From positions 1 through 64,000 of IMG/VR virus record IMGVR_UViG_3300031539_000005: 64,000 bases of DNA. One strand, given 5' to 3'. Below, one piece after another: positions 45,412 through 55,009 of this stretch. Both the position numbers and the translations under genes were made by a program. The DNA comes from a virus (Duplodnaviria; Caudoviricetes). The first letter of the stretch is position 1. Every line of letters starts with the position of its first letter. Below the pieces are notes generated by a model. The model ran no database searches and was not told the origin of the DNA. It saw only the letters and a program-made list of their open reading frames with translations.

Positions 45412-46188
45412 ATGTTTGAAAGCAGACTAACAACTTTCATTTGTGGAATTTCGTCCAAAAAATTGGAACCCTTAATTCAAATAGGGGTTCTTTTACCCAC
45501 CAGAGGAAGATATGAACCTCTTTTTCATACTCTTCTTTCGCTTGTTGGAAGCAATTATTCTCATTTGCTTGAAGTAATTGTAGTTTGCGATGCGGATATG
45601 GCTTCTTATGAAGTTGCAAATAATTTTCATTCAGCGGAATACTTTGCCTCCTATACAGTTTATCTTTCTAGAGAAAGACTTTATCCTGTAAGCGCTTTTA
45701 ATGTTGCTTACAATCTCTGTTCTTCTGAAATCTTTACCTGGATGAATGATGAAAATACTTATAATCGGGATTGGTTGAAGAATGCTCTAGTTAGATTTAT
45801 GGATGAATTTCCTGATGGAGTAGGAGTTCTTTCTTTATATAAAAAGAAAAAAGCTGGTCTAGGAATGTCAACAAAAAGATTTGTTGAATATAACAATCAT
45901 GAATTCTTTCATGATGGCTATACTGTTTATTTTCCTGATGATGAGCTAACTTGTAGAGCTATTTTGCTAGGACGTTACGCCTGGATAGAACAGAGTGGAA
46001 TCATGCATGATTTAACAATTACTGAATCTATTCCTGTGATTCCTCCAGATGAAAAAATTGCATGGAAAAAGACTGATCGTGGAATCTACTATGCCCGATC
46101 GGAAACTAACTATGGTCTTAATCCTGAAAAACTTTATCCTTGGCCCGGATTTAAAGAAGTTAATCTTCCATTGAGAGAAAACAAATGA
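45412..46188 (+). CDS. Glycosyltransferase family 2 (paralog of the 46185 N-domain)
   Basis: VLLPTRGR; WMNDE; FPDGVGVLSL; FFHDGY...DDELT.RA..LGRY. Confidence 0.8.
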   Translation: MFESRLTTFICGISSKKLEPLIQIGVLLPTRGRYEPLFHTLLSLVGSNYSHLLEVIVVCDADMASYEVANNFHSAEYFASYTVYLSRERLYPVSAFNVAYNLCSSEIFTWMNDENTYNRDWLKNALVRFMDEFPDGVGVLSLYKKKKAGLGMSTKRFVEYNNHEFFHDGYTVYFPDDELTCRAILLGRYAWIEQSGIMHDLTITESIPVIPPDEKIAWKKTDRGIYYARSETNYGLNPEKLYPWPGFKEVNLPLRENK

Positions 46189-47489
46189 TAAGTATTCTTA
46201 TTCCTACCTGTAAAAGACTAAGTTCTCTACTTAATTGTATTGACAGTTTAATGCGAATAGATGATCCTAGTGGTTTAGAAGTCATTGTTGCTGTTGATGC
46301 AGATCCTTCTACGAAAGAACTTGTTGAGATATATTTATCTCGGCATACTAGCTTTGGTGCTTTTAAAGTAGTCCTTTCAGAAAAAAGACAATATTCTATT
46401 GGAATTTATAATCTTGCCTTTAAAGCATCTACTCAGGAAGTATTCATTTGGTTAGCCGATGATGTAATAATCAGAAAAACTGATTTCATTACTAGGTTCA
46501 CTAAATGGTTCTATGAAGATTTTCCTGATGGAATTGGAGTTATGAGTCTCTCAGCTCAGGGGGGGGCTGGTTTCGGGATATCTACTAAGAGCTTTGTTAT
46601 ATATAATGATGATGAATTTTTCCATAGTGGATATAGAGATCACTATGCTGATACAGAGTTAACCAAAAGAGCAATTCTGATGGGACGTTATTCTTGGGCG
46701 CATAATTCTAATATGATTGAACATGATGGAAATTTGTCAGAAGTAGATGAAAAAATAAGATATGATATAAAGAGGACAGATGGAGTTCTATTTGGTAAAC
46801 GTCAAGAACTGCGATTTATGTTAGATCCTAGCAAAATACTCTATCCAGATTATAATTGTAAAGAATGGGAAAAAGTGATAATGGTATTGCCTGAAAAACT
46901 TGGAACAAAAGTTCTCCCAATAAGCGTGGGGAGAAGAACTGAGAAGCTGCTTATAGATGATCCTGGTGGTAAAATTAGATTCTATCAAAGTCCTGGTTGT
47001 TCTTTTCATGGTTTGTTAATCTTATGGTGGATTCATTTTGGTCTAGAAGGCCATGGAGCAATGATAGGAGATACTCCTCTCGTGGGAGAGGAACTTTTAA
47101 AGCAATTTCCTAAAATCACGAAATTGGATTTCATTAATTTAGAGAAAGTAGCTCATACTCTTGTTTGGGATATTACAAAGCCAATTAGTGAATTTATGGA
47201 TCCTCCATACCCCGAATATGATTGGATTATATGTCAGGCAGTATTGGAGCATGTCATTGATCCCTATGGAGCTGTAAAGAATCTTGTATCTGTTCTTAAG
47301 CCAGGAAAATTATTGTTTCTTCATACAGTTGGCCCCGAATTTCCTTATCATAGATATCCAATAGATTGTTATAGATTCTTTAGAGATATATTTATAAAAT
47401 ATGCTGAAGAATTTGATTTAGAAATAGAAGATATTTATTCTAATTTGATACATACTTTTGTTGCATATAGAAAAAAAAATGGCAATTGA
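46185..47489 (+). CDS. GT2 + SAM methyltransferase fusion
   Basis: ISILIPT..R; WLADD; FPDGIGVMSL; C-terminal YDWIICQAVLEHVIDP...LKPG...YHRYPIDCYRF. Confidence 0.8.
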   Translation: MISILIPTCKRLSSLLNCIDSLMRIDDPSGLEVIVAVDADPSTKELVEIYLSRHTSFGAFKVVLSEKRQYSIGIYNLAFKASTQEVFIWLADDVIIRKTDFITRFTKWFYEDFPDGIGVMSLSAQGGAGFGISTKSFVIYNDDEFFHSGYRDHYADTELTKRAILMGRYSWAHNSNMIEHDGNLSEVDEKIRYDIKRTDGVLFGKRQELRFMLDPSKILYPDYNCKEWEKVIMVLPEKLGTKVLPISVGRRTEKLLIDDPGGKIRFYQSPGCSFHGLLILWWIHFGLEGHGAMIGDTPLVGEELLKQFPKITKLDFINLEKVAHTLVWDITKPISEFMDPPYPEYDWIICQAVLEHVIDPYGAVKNLVSVLKPGKLLFLHTVGPEFPYHRYPIDCYRFFRDIFIKYAEEFDLEIEDIYSNLIHTFVAYRKKNGN

Positions 47490-48009
47490 AGATTGGACTA
47501 TAATTAGAAAATTGGCAGGATCTATTTTAAGCAATACGGCAGGAAATTGTATTGTGGAAATAGGGAGAGGACATTCAACTTCTCTTTTCCGTTCTTATTC
47601 TATGATATTTGGAATTCCTTTGTTTAGTTGCGATATTAATTATAAAAAAGAAGTCAACGAGCCACTTTTCAAAACAATTGCTAAATCTTCTGTTGATTTT
47701 ATGAAATCTTTCAATGGGATCCCTTCTCTTGTATTGTTAGATGGGTGTCATGATTATGATGTTGTAATAGAAGAAGCAAATTTCTTTATTAAGAAGCTTG
47801 TTGTTCATGGAGTTTTATTTATTCATGATACCTATCCTTGTCTTCCTGGTTATTTGGTGCATGAAAGTTGTAGCGATTGCTATAGAGTTCGCATAGAATT
47901 AGAAAAGCGAACGGATATATATTGTTTCACTTGGCCTTATACGGCAAATAATCAAGGACTAACGATGATTTTAAAAAAAGATTTTAATAGACCATTTTAT
48001 AGGGAGTAA
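47479..48009 (+). CDS. Class I SAM methyltransferase (paralog of 32608)
   Basis: CIVEIGRGHST; LLDGCHDY; FIHDT; CFTWPY....GLTMILK. Confidence 0.8.
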   Translation: MAIEDWTIIRKLAGSILSNTAGNCIVEIGRGHSTSLFRSYSMIFGIPLFSCDINYKKEVNEPLFKTIAKSSVDFMKSFNGIPSLVLLDGCHDYDVVIEEANFFIKKLVVHGVLFIHDTYPCLPGYLVHESCSDCYRVRIELEKRTDIYCFTWPYTANNQGLTMILKKDFNRPFYRE

Positions 48010-48011
48010 AG

Positions 48012-48230
48012 ATGAGTTTTCCTTCGAAAAGTATACAAGAAGCAGTGGAAAGAGCTAAAGAAAATATAACTAAACTTAATTCATGTTCTAAACCTCATGA
48101 TTTTTCTATTCCCACAAGCGAGAGTCCTTTTTTTGCGAAGCATGAATGTTCAAAGTGTGGAGGTAAAGTGGATTCAGCAAGCAAAATCTGGTATGAAAGA
48201 GGACTTGAGGATGCGAAAGAAAGTAGTTAA
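48012..48230 (+). CDS. Small Cys/His-containing hypothetical protein
   Basis: C..PHDF...CSKCGG....WYERGL; SD GGGAG. Confidence 0.6.
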   Translation: MSFPSKSIQEAVERAKENITKLNSCSKPHDFSIPTSESPFFAKHECSKCGGKVDSASKIWYERGLEDAKESS

Positions 48231-49263
48231 ACTAATAGATTATGTTTTTCAACATCACTTTCAGCTCACAGAAGCTTACGATGATTCTAATTCGATGAGA
48301 TATTTGAGTGATGAATTTGATATAGAAATCATTGGTCGTTTTATCCAGAACAAAATAACTGAACATAGGGTTAAAGGCCCTTCTACGGATTATAAGGTCA
48401 CTTTTTTACCAAAATCTTTTAGCATTCAAGCTGTAGTGGATTATATTTTAAAGCTTAATCCTAATGTGATCCACATGCATGGTAATCACGGGTGGCCCCA
48501 ATATCCAATTTATGCTTCTGCTTTTGTTAATAAAGGAATTAAGCTTATCTTTAGTCCAGCAGGAGCTAGTTGTGGAACTCATGAATTTTTAGAGTGCTTT
48601 GATACTGTGATTGTAAATCATGTAGAACAAATTAAACGAATGCGTTGTCCTCCGGCAAAGGTTCTCGTTAGACATAGGGGAGCAGATCCTAGCGTATTTT
48701 ATCCTGTTCCTGGAGGGAAGAAGAAATATAATTTTGTATATGTGGCTGGTTTTGTTCCGCAAAAGAGACTAGATTTCATGATTGAATGTGTAAAGAATAC
48801 TCCTTATAACATGGTTATCTTAGGAGACTTTACTAGATTAACAGAACATTATATTTTAATTCGTGATATAATTAAACTACAGCGCCTTGAAAATAAAATA
48901 TTCTTACATGACTTTATTCCTCAGACACAAATGTCTCAATTTTTAGGACAATGTAAGGTGTGGGTATGGCCTAATATTAAGCCAGAGAACCCTGAGACGA
49001 CCACCAATCGCTCCATTATCGAAGCTTTAGGTTGTGGTATGCCTTTATTGGTTGGAGAACGAGCCTTTAAGAATTCTCATTTTTTGATTACGGGCATTAA
49101 CGGATATAGTTATTCTACAAAGGAAGAGTTCCAAGAAAAAGCTAATTTAATAATGGAAGATTATCTTTCTTTTGGAAAAAATAGTGTAATTCTTGGCAGA
49201 GTTAAATTCTCATTTCAGGAAAATTTTATTGATTTCTATAAAAATTGCTATAATTCTTCATGA
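48211..49263 (+). CDS. GT-B glycosyltransferase (GT4-like)
   Basis: GADPSVF; YVAGFVPQKR; RSIIEALGCGMP; start at ATG 48211 after GAGG. Confidence 0.85.
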   Translation: MRKKVVKLIDYVFQHHFQLTEAYDDSNSMRYLSDEFDIEIIGRFIQNKITEHRVKGPSTDYKVTFLPKSFSIQAVVDYILKLNPNVIHMHGNHGWPQYPIYASAFVNKGIKLIFSPAGASCGTHEFLECFDTVIVNHVEQIKRMRCPPAKVLVRHRGADPSVFYPVPGGKKKYNFVYVAGFVPQKRLDFMIECVKNTPYNMVILGDFTRLTEHYILIRDIIKLQRLENKIFLHDFIPQTQMSQFLGQCKVWVWPNIKPENPETTTNRSIIEALGCGMPLLVGERAFKNSHFLITGINGYSYSTKEEFQEKANLIMEDYLSFGKNSVILGRVKFSFQENFIDFYKNCYNSS

Positions 49264-49475
49264 CCAGAGCGAATCCTATAAAGCTTAATCGCCCTATTAA
49301 CATGGTTGAATTAGATGTACATAGGCATCCGGACTGTTCTGATTATGAAAAATGTTTAGATAAAGCGGTCTATAAGAGATGGAGAGGATTTAGTTGTTTA
49401 AAATGTACTTTTTTCCGAAAATATAAGAAGATAAGAAAGAGGTTAGATCAGCTTTATGGAAAGGGAGGAATATAA
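49260..49475 (+). CDS. Small Cys-rich hypothetical protein
   Basis: DC..YEKCLD.A....W.GFSC..C; overlaps both neighbours. Confidence 0.6.
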   Translation: MTRANPIKLNRPINMVELDVHRHPDCSDYEKCLDKAVYKRWRGFSCLKCTFFRKYKKIRKRLDQLYGKGGI

Positions 49476-50256
49476 AGAGTATTGGGAAAAGAGATCAAAC
49501 ACTTATAAGTCTTTAGATGATGTGAGTAGTAAGCGGACGGCTTATAAGATTGTGAATTTAGCTAAATCTCTTGGATTGCCTTTTGCTCCTTCCATACTGG
49601 ATGTCGGTTGTGGCCCAGGAATAATTACTCGAGTCTTGCGAGAGAACTTTAGACATTCTACAGTTTGGGGGATTGATTTTTCAGAAAAAATGATTCAAAA
49701 AGCTCAGCAAAATTGTCTTCCTGATTTAAAATTTACTTGCGAAGACTTCTTGAGTTCTTCTTTTATTCCAGATCAAAAATTTGATTTTATTTTAATGAGC
49801 CTTGTTTTGCATCATTTACTTGATGGGAAAGATTTTGTTGCTCTTCTTAAGGCAAATTCTTTATTGGCAAAGAATGGATCCATTATTGTTGCAGAGGCAG
49901 TTCCTCCGGAAGATGAAATTTTTGAGGAATATAGGAATGTTTTTTTACTCAAAGAAAGAAGGAACTGCTATCTTGTTAATCATCTTGTGGCAATGCTTCG
50001 GTCTGCTGAATTTGTGAGAGTGAGATCTACTACTTATAGATTCTGGATAAGGATGTTCAAATGGCTGAATGACGATACATTGTCTAAAGAGAAGAAACGA
50101 CTAATTTGGAGTTTACATCTCAATGGCTCTGCTAGATGGAAATTGGCCTACCAAATGACATCAGTAAAGAGTAATGTGCGGGGTTTTGAATTTGACGACT
50201 ATGAGCTTAAGTGCAAAATGGCACTTATTACAGGCAGGAAGATAGTGGAAAAATAG
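49456..50256 (+). CDS. Class I SAM-dependent methyltransferase
   Basis: ILDVGCGPG; GIDFSEKMI; FDFILMSLVLHHL. Confidence 0.88.
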   Translation: MEREEYKEYWEKRSNTYKSLDDVSSKRTAYKIVNLAKSLGLPFAPSILDVGCGPGIITRVLRENFRHSTVWGIDFSEKMIQKAQQNCLPDLKFTCEDFLSSSFIPDQKFDFILMSLVLHHLLDGKDFVALLKANSLLAKNGSIIVAEAVPPEDEIFEEYRNVFLLKERRNCYLVNHLVAMLRSAEFVRVRSTTYRFWIRMFKWLNDDTLSKEKKRLIWSLHLNGSARWKLAYQMTSVKSNVRGFEFDDYELKCKMALITGRKIVEK

Positions 50257-50348
50257 AAAGTGGTATATTACTTTGCAGTGTGTGTGTGGCCTTGTCATGG
50301 GCCACATGATTCTTCCTTATTTTTTCACTCGTTACTTTCCTTCTCGTT

Positions 50349-50390
50349 GACCCCCAAGCATTTATCGTCTTTGCTTGGGGGTTGTTTTTT
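50349..50390 (+). terminator. Rho-independent terminator
   Basis: ACCCCCAAGCA / TGCTTGGGGGT 11-bp stem followed by TGTTTTTT. Confidence 0.75.
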
Positions 50391-50401
50391 GAAGAGGTTT
50401 C

Positions 50402-51886
50402 ATGCTAGAAATTGTTGTATCTTCTATAAAAAGCAAAATTTTGAATTGTTCTGATGATATTGCAAAAAAGCTATGGAAATATTTGTCTTATCAATCTTAT
50501 AACTATGAATATTCTACAGCATATCTATTTGGGGGATGGGATGGAAAAGTTCATAAATTTGCCCAAAAAGGTCGAACTTTTCCCACAGGGCTTTTATATA
50601 GGGTCGGCAAGTGGCTCAAACGGAATAAGGTTGCGTTCAAAGTAACTGATTATAGGCAAGCCTTAATTTTCGACGAAAAGACTGTTGTGCGTAATATAGA
50701 CAATCTTAAACATGCCCTTCGGCCTTATCAGATTGATGGTTTAATCAAGGGTCTCTATAACCCATATATCATGTATTGGTGGGCGACTTCTTCTGGAAAG
50801 ACAGTATTATTTTCTTCTATAATTCAGGCTCTTAAGAAAAAAGATTATATGATGACTCTTATTCTTGTTGCTACAAAAGATTTAGCTGCGCAACATCGTG
50901 AAGAATTACAGAGTATGATGGGAATAGATGTAGGCTATATAGAGGAAGGAAAATTTGATCCTAAGAGAATTTCTGTAGCTGTAATCAATACTTTATGGGC
51001 TAAGGCAAAGAGACGTAGGGACAGCAAGGTTCTTAATTATCTGAATAGTGTTCAGCATCTTATAATTGATGAGGCCCATAGATCAATTGATAGCAAAATG
51101 TTTAGAAACACTATAGGTCTTTGTAAGAATACTGTCATTAGGCATGGATTTTCTGCTTCTCCATATAGTCTAACTACTGACGATATAGAGTTAGAGAGCG
51201 TTACAGGTCCTCCTCTTTCCAGAGTTACAATGTCGCAACTCATACGAGAAGGATGGGTCTCTAGGCCATATATATTTTTTATTGATTATGAAGAATCTTG
51301 GAAGATGAGCGGTACATTTGCTAGAGTCTATGAAGAAAAGATAGTAAAAGGAGCTAGAAGAAACGAGATTATTATAGATTTGATTAAAAAGGAATTTGAA
51401 AACGAAAAATCTATACTTGTATTGATAAGGATAATTAAGCATGGCAGAATCTTGTCTGATATGTTAATTAATGAAGGTTTTTTACCTGATGAATTTGCCT
51501 TTGTTCATGGACAGACCAATAAGCATATAAGAAATCAAGTGAAAGACGCATTCAGAAGAAGAGACTTGAAGTTAGTAATTGCAAGTCAAATTTGGAACGA
51601 AGGAATTGATATACCGTCCATAGATGTTTTGATTAAAGCTGATGCGGGAGGAGGTCTTGAAATAAAACAAAACAAGGGCATTAGATCTGTAGTACAGCAG
51701 ACCGGAAGAGTTATTCGCAAACCTATTCTGCCAGGGGAAAAAGATGTACGCATTGATATAGAACATACTGTTACTATTTATGATTTTAATGATAAAGTTC
51801 ATAAAGATTTGGCTCATCATTCTAAAAATAGATTTAGCACGTTTGCTATGGAACCTGAATTTGTCATAAGGAGAATAAAATTATGA
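50402..51886 (+). CDS. Superfamily 2 DEAH helicase (UvsW/XPB-like)
   Basis: LRPYQ; ATSSGKT; IIDEAH; GFSASP; NEGIDIP; QQTGRVIR. Confidence 0.9.
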   Translation: MLEIVVSSIKSKILNCSDDIAKKLWKYLSYQSYNYEYSTAYLFGGWDGKVHKFAQKGRTFPTGLLYRVGKWLKRNKVAFKVTDYRQALIFDEKTVVRNIDNLKHALRPYQIDGLIKGLYNPYIMYWWATSSGKTVLFSSIIQALKKKDYMMTLILVATKDLAAQHREELQSMMGIDVGYIEEGKFDPKRISVAVINTLWAKAKRRRDSKVLNYLNSVQHLIIDEAHRSIDSKMFRNTIGLCKNTVIRHGFSASPYSLTTDDIELESVTGPPLSRVTMSQLIREGWVSRPYIFFIDYEESWKMSGTFARVYEEKIVKGARRNEIIIDLIKKEFENEKSILVLIRIIKHGRILSDMLINEGFLPDEFAFVHGQTNKHIRNQVKDAFRRRDLKLVIASQIWNEGIDIPSIDVLIKADAGGGLEIKQNKGIRSVVQQTGRVIRKPILPGEKDVRIDIEHTVTIYDFNDKVHKDLAHHSKNRFSTFAMEPEFVIRRIKL

Positions 51887-52587
51887 CCCCTCTTGATGCG
51901 AGGCAGCGTGTGATTGAATTCATTGATGATCTTTCGGGGGGATCGAGTGAGGCTATTATTTCTAAACATAGAGTTCAGCTTAAAGAGTTAGCTGATAAAT
52001 TACCTGTCAAGTTTAAGACCAGAAAACAAATAGATGAATATTTAGGTTATGTAATTGATGAAATGGTAAATCTTAATGCATATTTTAAATCGCGGAAGCA
52101 GGGGAGTATTCCTTTTTCTAAAATTTTGTCTTTTGCAAACAGTGATGAAAGACTGGCAGCTTTTCTGCTTAGAAAAGGGGCAGAAAGAAGAAAAAAAGAA
52201 ATGGGTTTGGGGAATTTAACCATAGCTGGATATCATGGAGTAGAAAGTTCAGAAAGATTAGAAAACTTTATTCTTACTCATAAGAAAAATGAATATGGAT
52301 TTGTTCATTCTGAAGGAGGAGCCCTTTTTTTCTTTTCTTTGGAGGCTAATGAGATTCTTGTTGAATTGCCAGGTGGAAAAATTTTGGCTTACACAGATTA
52401 TAAGGAACAATGGAAGATTAAGGGAAAAATGCCAGTGAGAATGCTTTTTATTTATAGGGGTATTAGGGCTAGGGAAGATCAGACAGAAGTAATGAAAGCT
52501 TGTTGCATTTTCATCAGGCAAGCTTTGACAGTGCTTAGGAATAAAAGCTATGAGAGAGAGCGTAAGAATAGAGCTAGTAAGGAATGA
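51883..52587 (+). CDS. Hypothetical protein (replication module)
   Basis: ATGA-coupled ORF between the helicase and the DnaC-like gene. Confidence 0.6.
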   Translation: MTPLDARQRVIEFIDDLSGGSSEAIISKHRVQLKELADKLPVKFKTRKQIDEYLGYVIDEMVNLNAYFKSRKQGSIPFSKILSFANSDERLAAFLLRKGAERRKKEMGLGNLTIAGYHGVESSERLENFILTHKKNEYGFVHSEGGALFFFSLEANEILVELPGGKILAYTDYKEQWKIKGKMPVRMLFIYRGIRAREDQTEVMKACCIFIRQALTVLRNKSYERERKNRASKE

Positions 52588-53389
52588 AATAGAACAGGCT
52601 CGGATAGAAATTGTTTCTAGGCACAGAGTTTGCAAGGGGAAAGGCGTTATAGAAGTTTTGAAAAAAGATGATCATTCGTCGGTTATAAGTTCTAAAGTTC
52701 GTATATGTTCTTGTCTAACAAAATTTGAATTAGTTTCTCGCTTTATTCTTTCAAACATTCCTTATAAGAATGTAATAAATCAACAAATCTATAAAAAAAT
52801 GGTCTTTGATGAAATAACTAAGGAAACTTTAAATCTTCGAAGAGATATTATTCATCCCTATATTAGACATATTCGACCTGCGATGAAACATCCTTATGGA
52901 ATGTTGTTTCTAGGGAAAAATGGGACTGGGAAAACATTTGTAGGGTGGAAAGTTTTATACTATGCTATTATCAACGGCTTTACTGCTCATTATATTTCGC
53001 TTTCAGATTTACTTAAGATTATTATCAAAAATTATGATCATGATCTTGACGATTTGGTTGCTGAAATTTCAAATGTAGATATTCTAATGATAGATGAAGT
53101 TGGGAATGAAAGTAGAAGAAGTGATTTCACTGTAAGTGAATTTAAGATGGTCTATAAGAAGAGGATTGAAATTGGTAAGCCAACGATTATGGTGAGTAAT
53201 TTTTCCTATGAAGAATTTAAAGAAGCTTACGGTAAATCTGTAGATGACGTGATATCTTCTTATGCAAAAATATTAAATTTCAAAGACACAGTGAATGTGA
53301 GACAACTTAAAGGCTCTACTGAAATGAATGGATTCTTTAAGCAAATAAAGAGGAAAAGTGTGAAGAAGAAGGAAAAAAATGGCGCTTGA
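52550..53389 (+). CDS. DnaC/IstB-like AAA+ helicase loader
   Basis: GKNGTGKT; ILMIDEVGNE; KPTIMVSN. Confidence 0.85.
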   Translation: MRESVRIELVRNEIEQARIEIVSRHRVCKGKGVIEVLKKDDHSSVISSKVRICSCLTKFELVSRFILSNIPYKNVINQQIYKKMVFDEITKETLNLRRDIIHPYIRHIRPAMKHPYGMLFLGKNGTGKTFVGWKVLYYAIINGFTAHYISLSDLLKIIIKNYDHDLDDLVAEISNVDILMIDEVGNESRRSDFTVSEFKMVYKKRIEIGKPTIMVSNFSYEEFKEAYGKSVDDVISSYAKILNFKDTVNVRQLKGSTEMNGFFKQIKRKSVKKKEKNGA

Positions 53390-54668
53390 ACATTTTGAAG
53401 CTGACCTTTTGGCTCTTTTTCTCAAAGATAAGAATAAATATATTAAGTTTTCAAAGAATCTTGAGCCAAAACATTTTAGAAATAAAATTTTCAAATGGGC
53501 TTTTGAAGTTCTTATTGAATTTTTTAATAAATACAAAGACTTACCTACTTTAGAAGTTTTTAAATCTGAGTTGATGAAAACATCACTGGAAACAGGTGAC
53601 AAGAAATTATATTATGCTGGAATTAAGAAATTATTAAAACGTACTTCTAAGATTAATCCCAAATATCTGGAAGAAAATGTTAGAGAAAAAATAGATGAAG
53701 AAGAATTTTTAAAGGCAGTGGATCAGGCCCTTAGAGATACTGAATCGGAGGGAATAAGTAAAGCGAAGCGAGATCTACTTAAGAAACTTATTTTGGGAGA
53801 AAAAACTGAATCCTTTGAACTTGTCTATATTCTTAAAGATTGGAAATTACGCCAGATTCTCAGAGAAAAGCTTTCAAAACTTGCTATTAAGAAGCGTTTT
53901 GTTTCTACTCCCTATAGTGCAATCAATAAAGCTACAAGTGGAATTCAAATATCGGAAGCTGCTACTATTGCAGGATTGACTTCCATGGGTAAATCTATTA
54001 TTGCAGGTGAATTTGGAGTTAATAGTCTCTTAGATGGCCTTAATGTTTTACATTTTTCTCTAGAAAATACAGCCGAACAGACTGCTCAGAGATATGATAC
54101 TCGGCTTACAGAAATTGAATATGATACTTTAAAATTTTACAAATTTGATCCTAGCCAATTAGCTCATTTTAAAAAAGTATTTGAAGCCTTGGGTAAAGGA
54201 TTATCAAATGATATAGTGGTAAAAGAAACGGTAAGGAATGAGGCAGATTTTGCATTTATTGATAAGACTATTGAAACACTCAAGCTAGATGGATTCGAAA
54301 CTAATCTTCTCGTAATAGATTCTTGTGATATAATGCGGTCTATGCATTCCTATAGGGATTATAGGTTAGAAAGAGCTTCTGTCTATTGGGATCTAAAAGA
54401 CTATTGTAAGATCAAGCGCATTCCAGGTCTCACTACTACTCAACTTAAGGTTACTTCTAAATGGAAACTTTCAACATCTGAAGATCTTGCAGAAGCATAC
54501 GATAAAGCTAGAATTTTAGATATTGTTTATATTATGAGTCAAACAGAAGAAGATTATAAACGAAATATTATTCGTTTTTCTATTGATAAAAATAGAGATG
54601 GAGAAGGAGGAGCAGTAATTAAACTTTTTAAAGATGCTGCGAAAATGAGATTTCTGGAGGTAGTCTAA
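53379..54668 (+). CDS. DnaB-like replicative helicase
   Basis: AGLTSMGKS; HFSLE; LVID; TTTQ; DLAEAYDK; DKNRDG. Confidence 0.88.
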   Translation: MALEHFEADLLALFLKDKNKYIKFSKNLEPKHFRNKIFKWAFEVLIEFFNKYKDLPTLEVFKSELMKTSLETGDKKLYYAGIKKLLKRTSKINPKYLEENVREKIDEEEFLKAVDQALRDTESEGISKAKRDLLKKLILGEKTESFELVYILKDWKLRQILREKLSKLAIKKRFVSTPYSAINKATSGIQISEAATIAGLTSMGKSIIAGEFGVNSLLDGLNVLHFSLENTAEQTAQRYDTRLTEIEYDTLKFYKFDPSQLAHFKKVFEALGKGLSNDIVVKETVRNEADFAFIDKTIETLKLDGFETNLLVIDSCDIMRSMHSYRDYRLERASVYWDLKDYCKIKRIPGLTTTQLKVTSKWKLSTSEDLAEAYDKARILDIVYIMSQTEEDYKRNIIRFSIDKNRDGEGGAVIKLFKDAAKMRFLEVV

Positions 54669-55006
54669 TGTCTAAAAAGAATAAAAGAGAAAAGAGTAAA
54701 CATTCTGTTCCAAAAAAAACAAAAAGTTTTCTTATAGATCCTCGTTTGGATAACTATATTCGGAACTTGATGAATTTAGTAGCGTGGCCTTTGGAACAAA
54801 GGATAAATATTTTGTTGTCCGAGATTGATACTGTTAGGTCTAATGTGATGATCGCCAACACAATGCTGGAAAGAAAGGGCATAATTGATAGAGCTGAGTT
54901 TTTTGCAGAATTTCAGGAATATGAACTTAAAGAACGAGGTATTGTGGATGCTACTGGAAACATGACAGGAACTCCCATTTTTAGTCTTTATAATTTTGGA
55001 GAATAG
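54668..55006 (+). CDS. Hypothetical protein (paralog of 37869..38210)
   Basis: Shared C-terminal motif with 37869; precedes GT9. Confidence 0.7.
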   Translation: MSKKNKREKSKHSVPKKTKSFLIDPRLDNYIRNLMNLVAWPLEQRINILLSEIDTVRSNVMIANTMLERKGIIDRAEFFAEFQEYELKERGIVDATGNMTGTPIFSLYNFGE

Positions 55007-55009
55007 AAA

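Noticed and set aside
47471-47489. A9 run as a frameshift fusing 46185 to the next methyltransferase
   Set aside because: Both ORFs are complete and an ATG at 47479 overlaps the upstream gene end, so translational coupling is sufficient.
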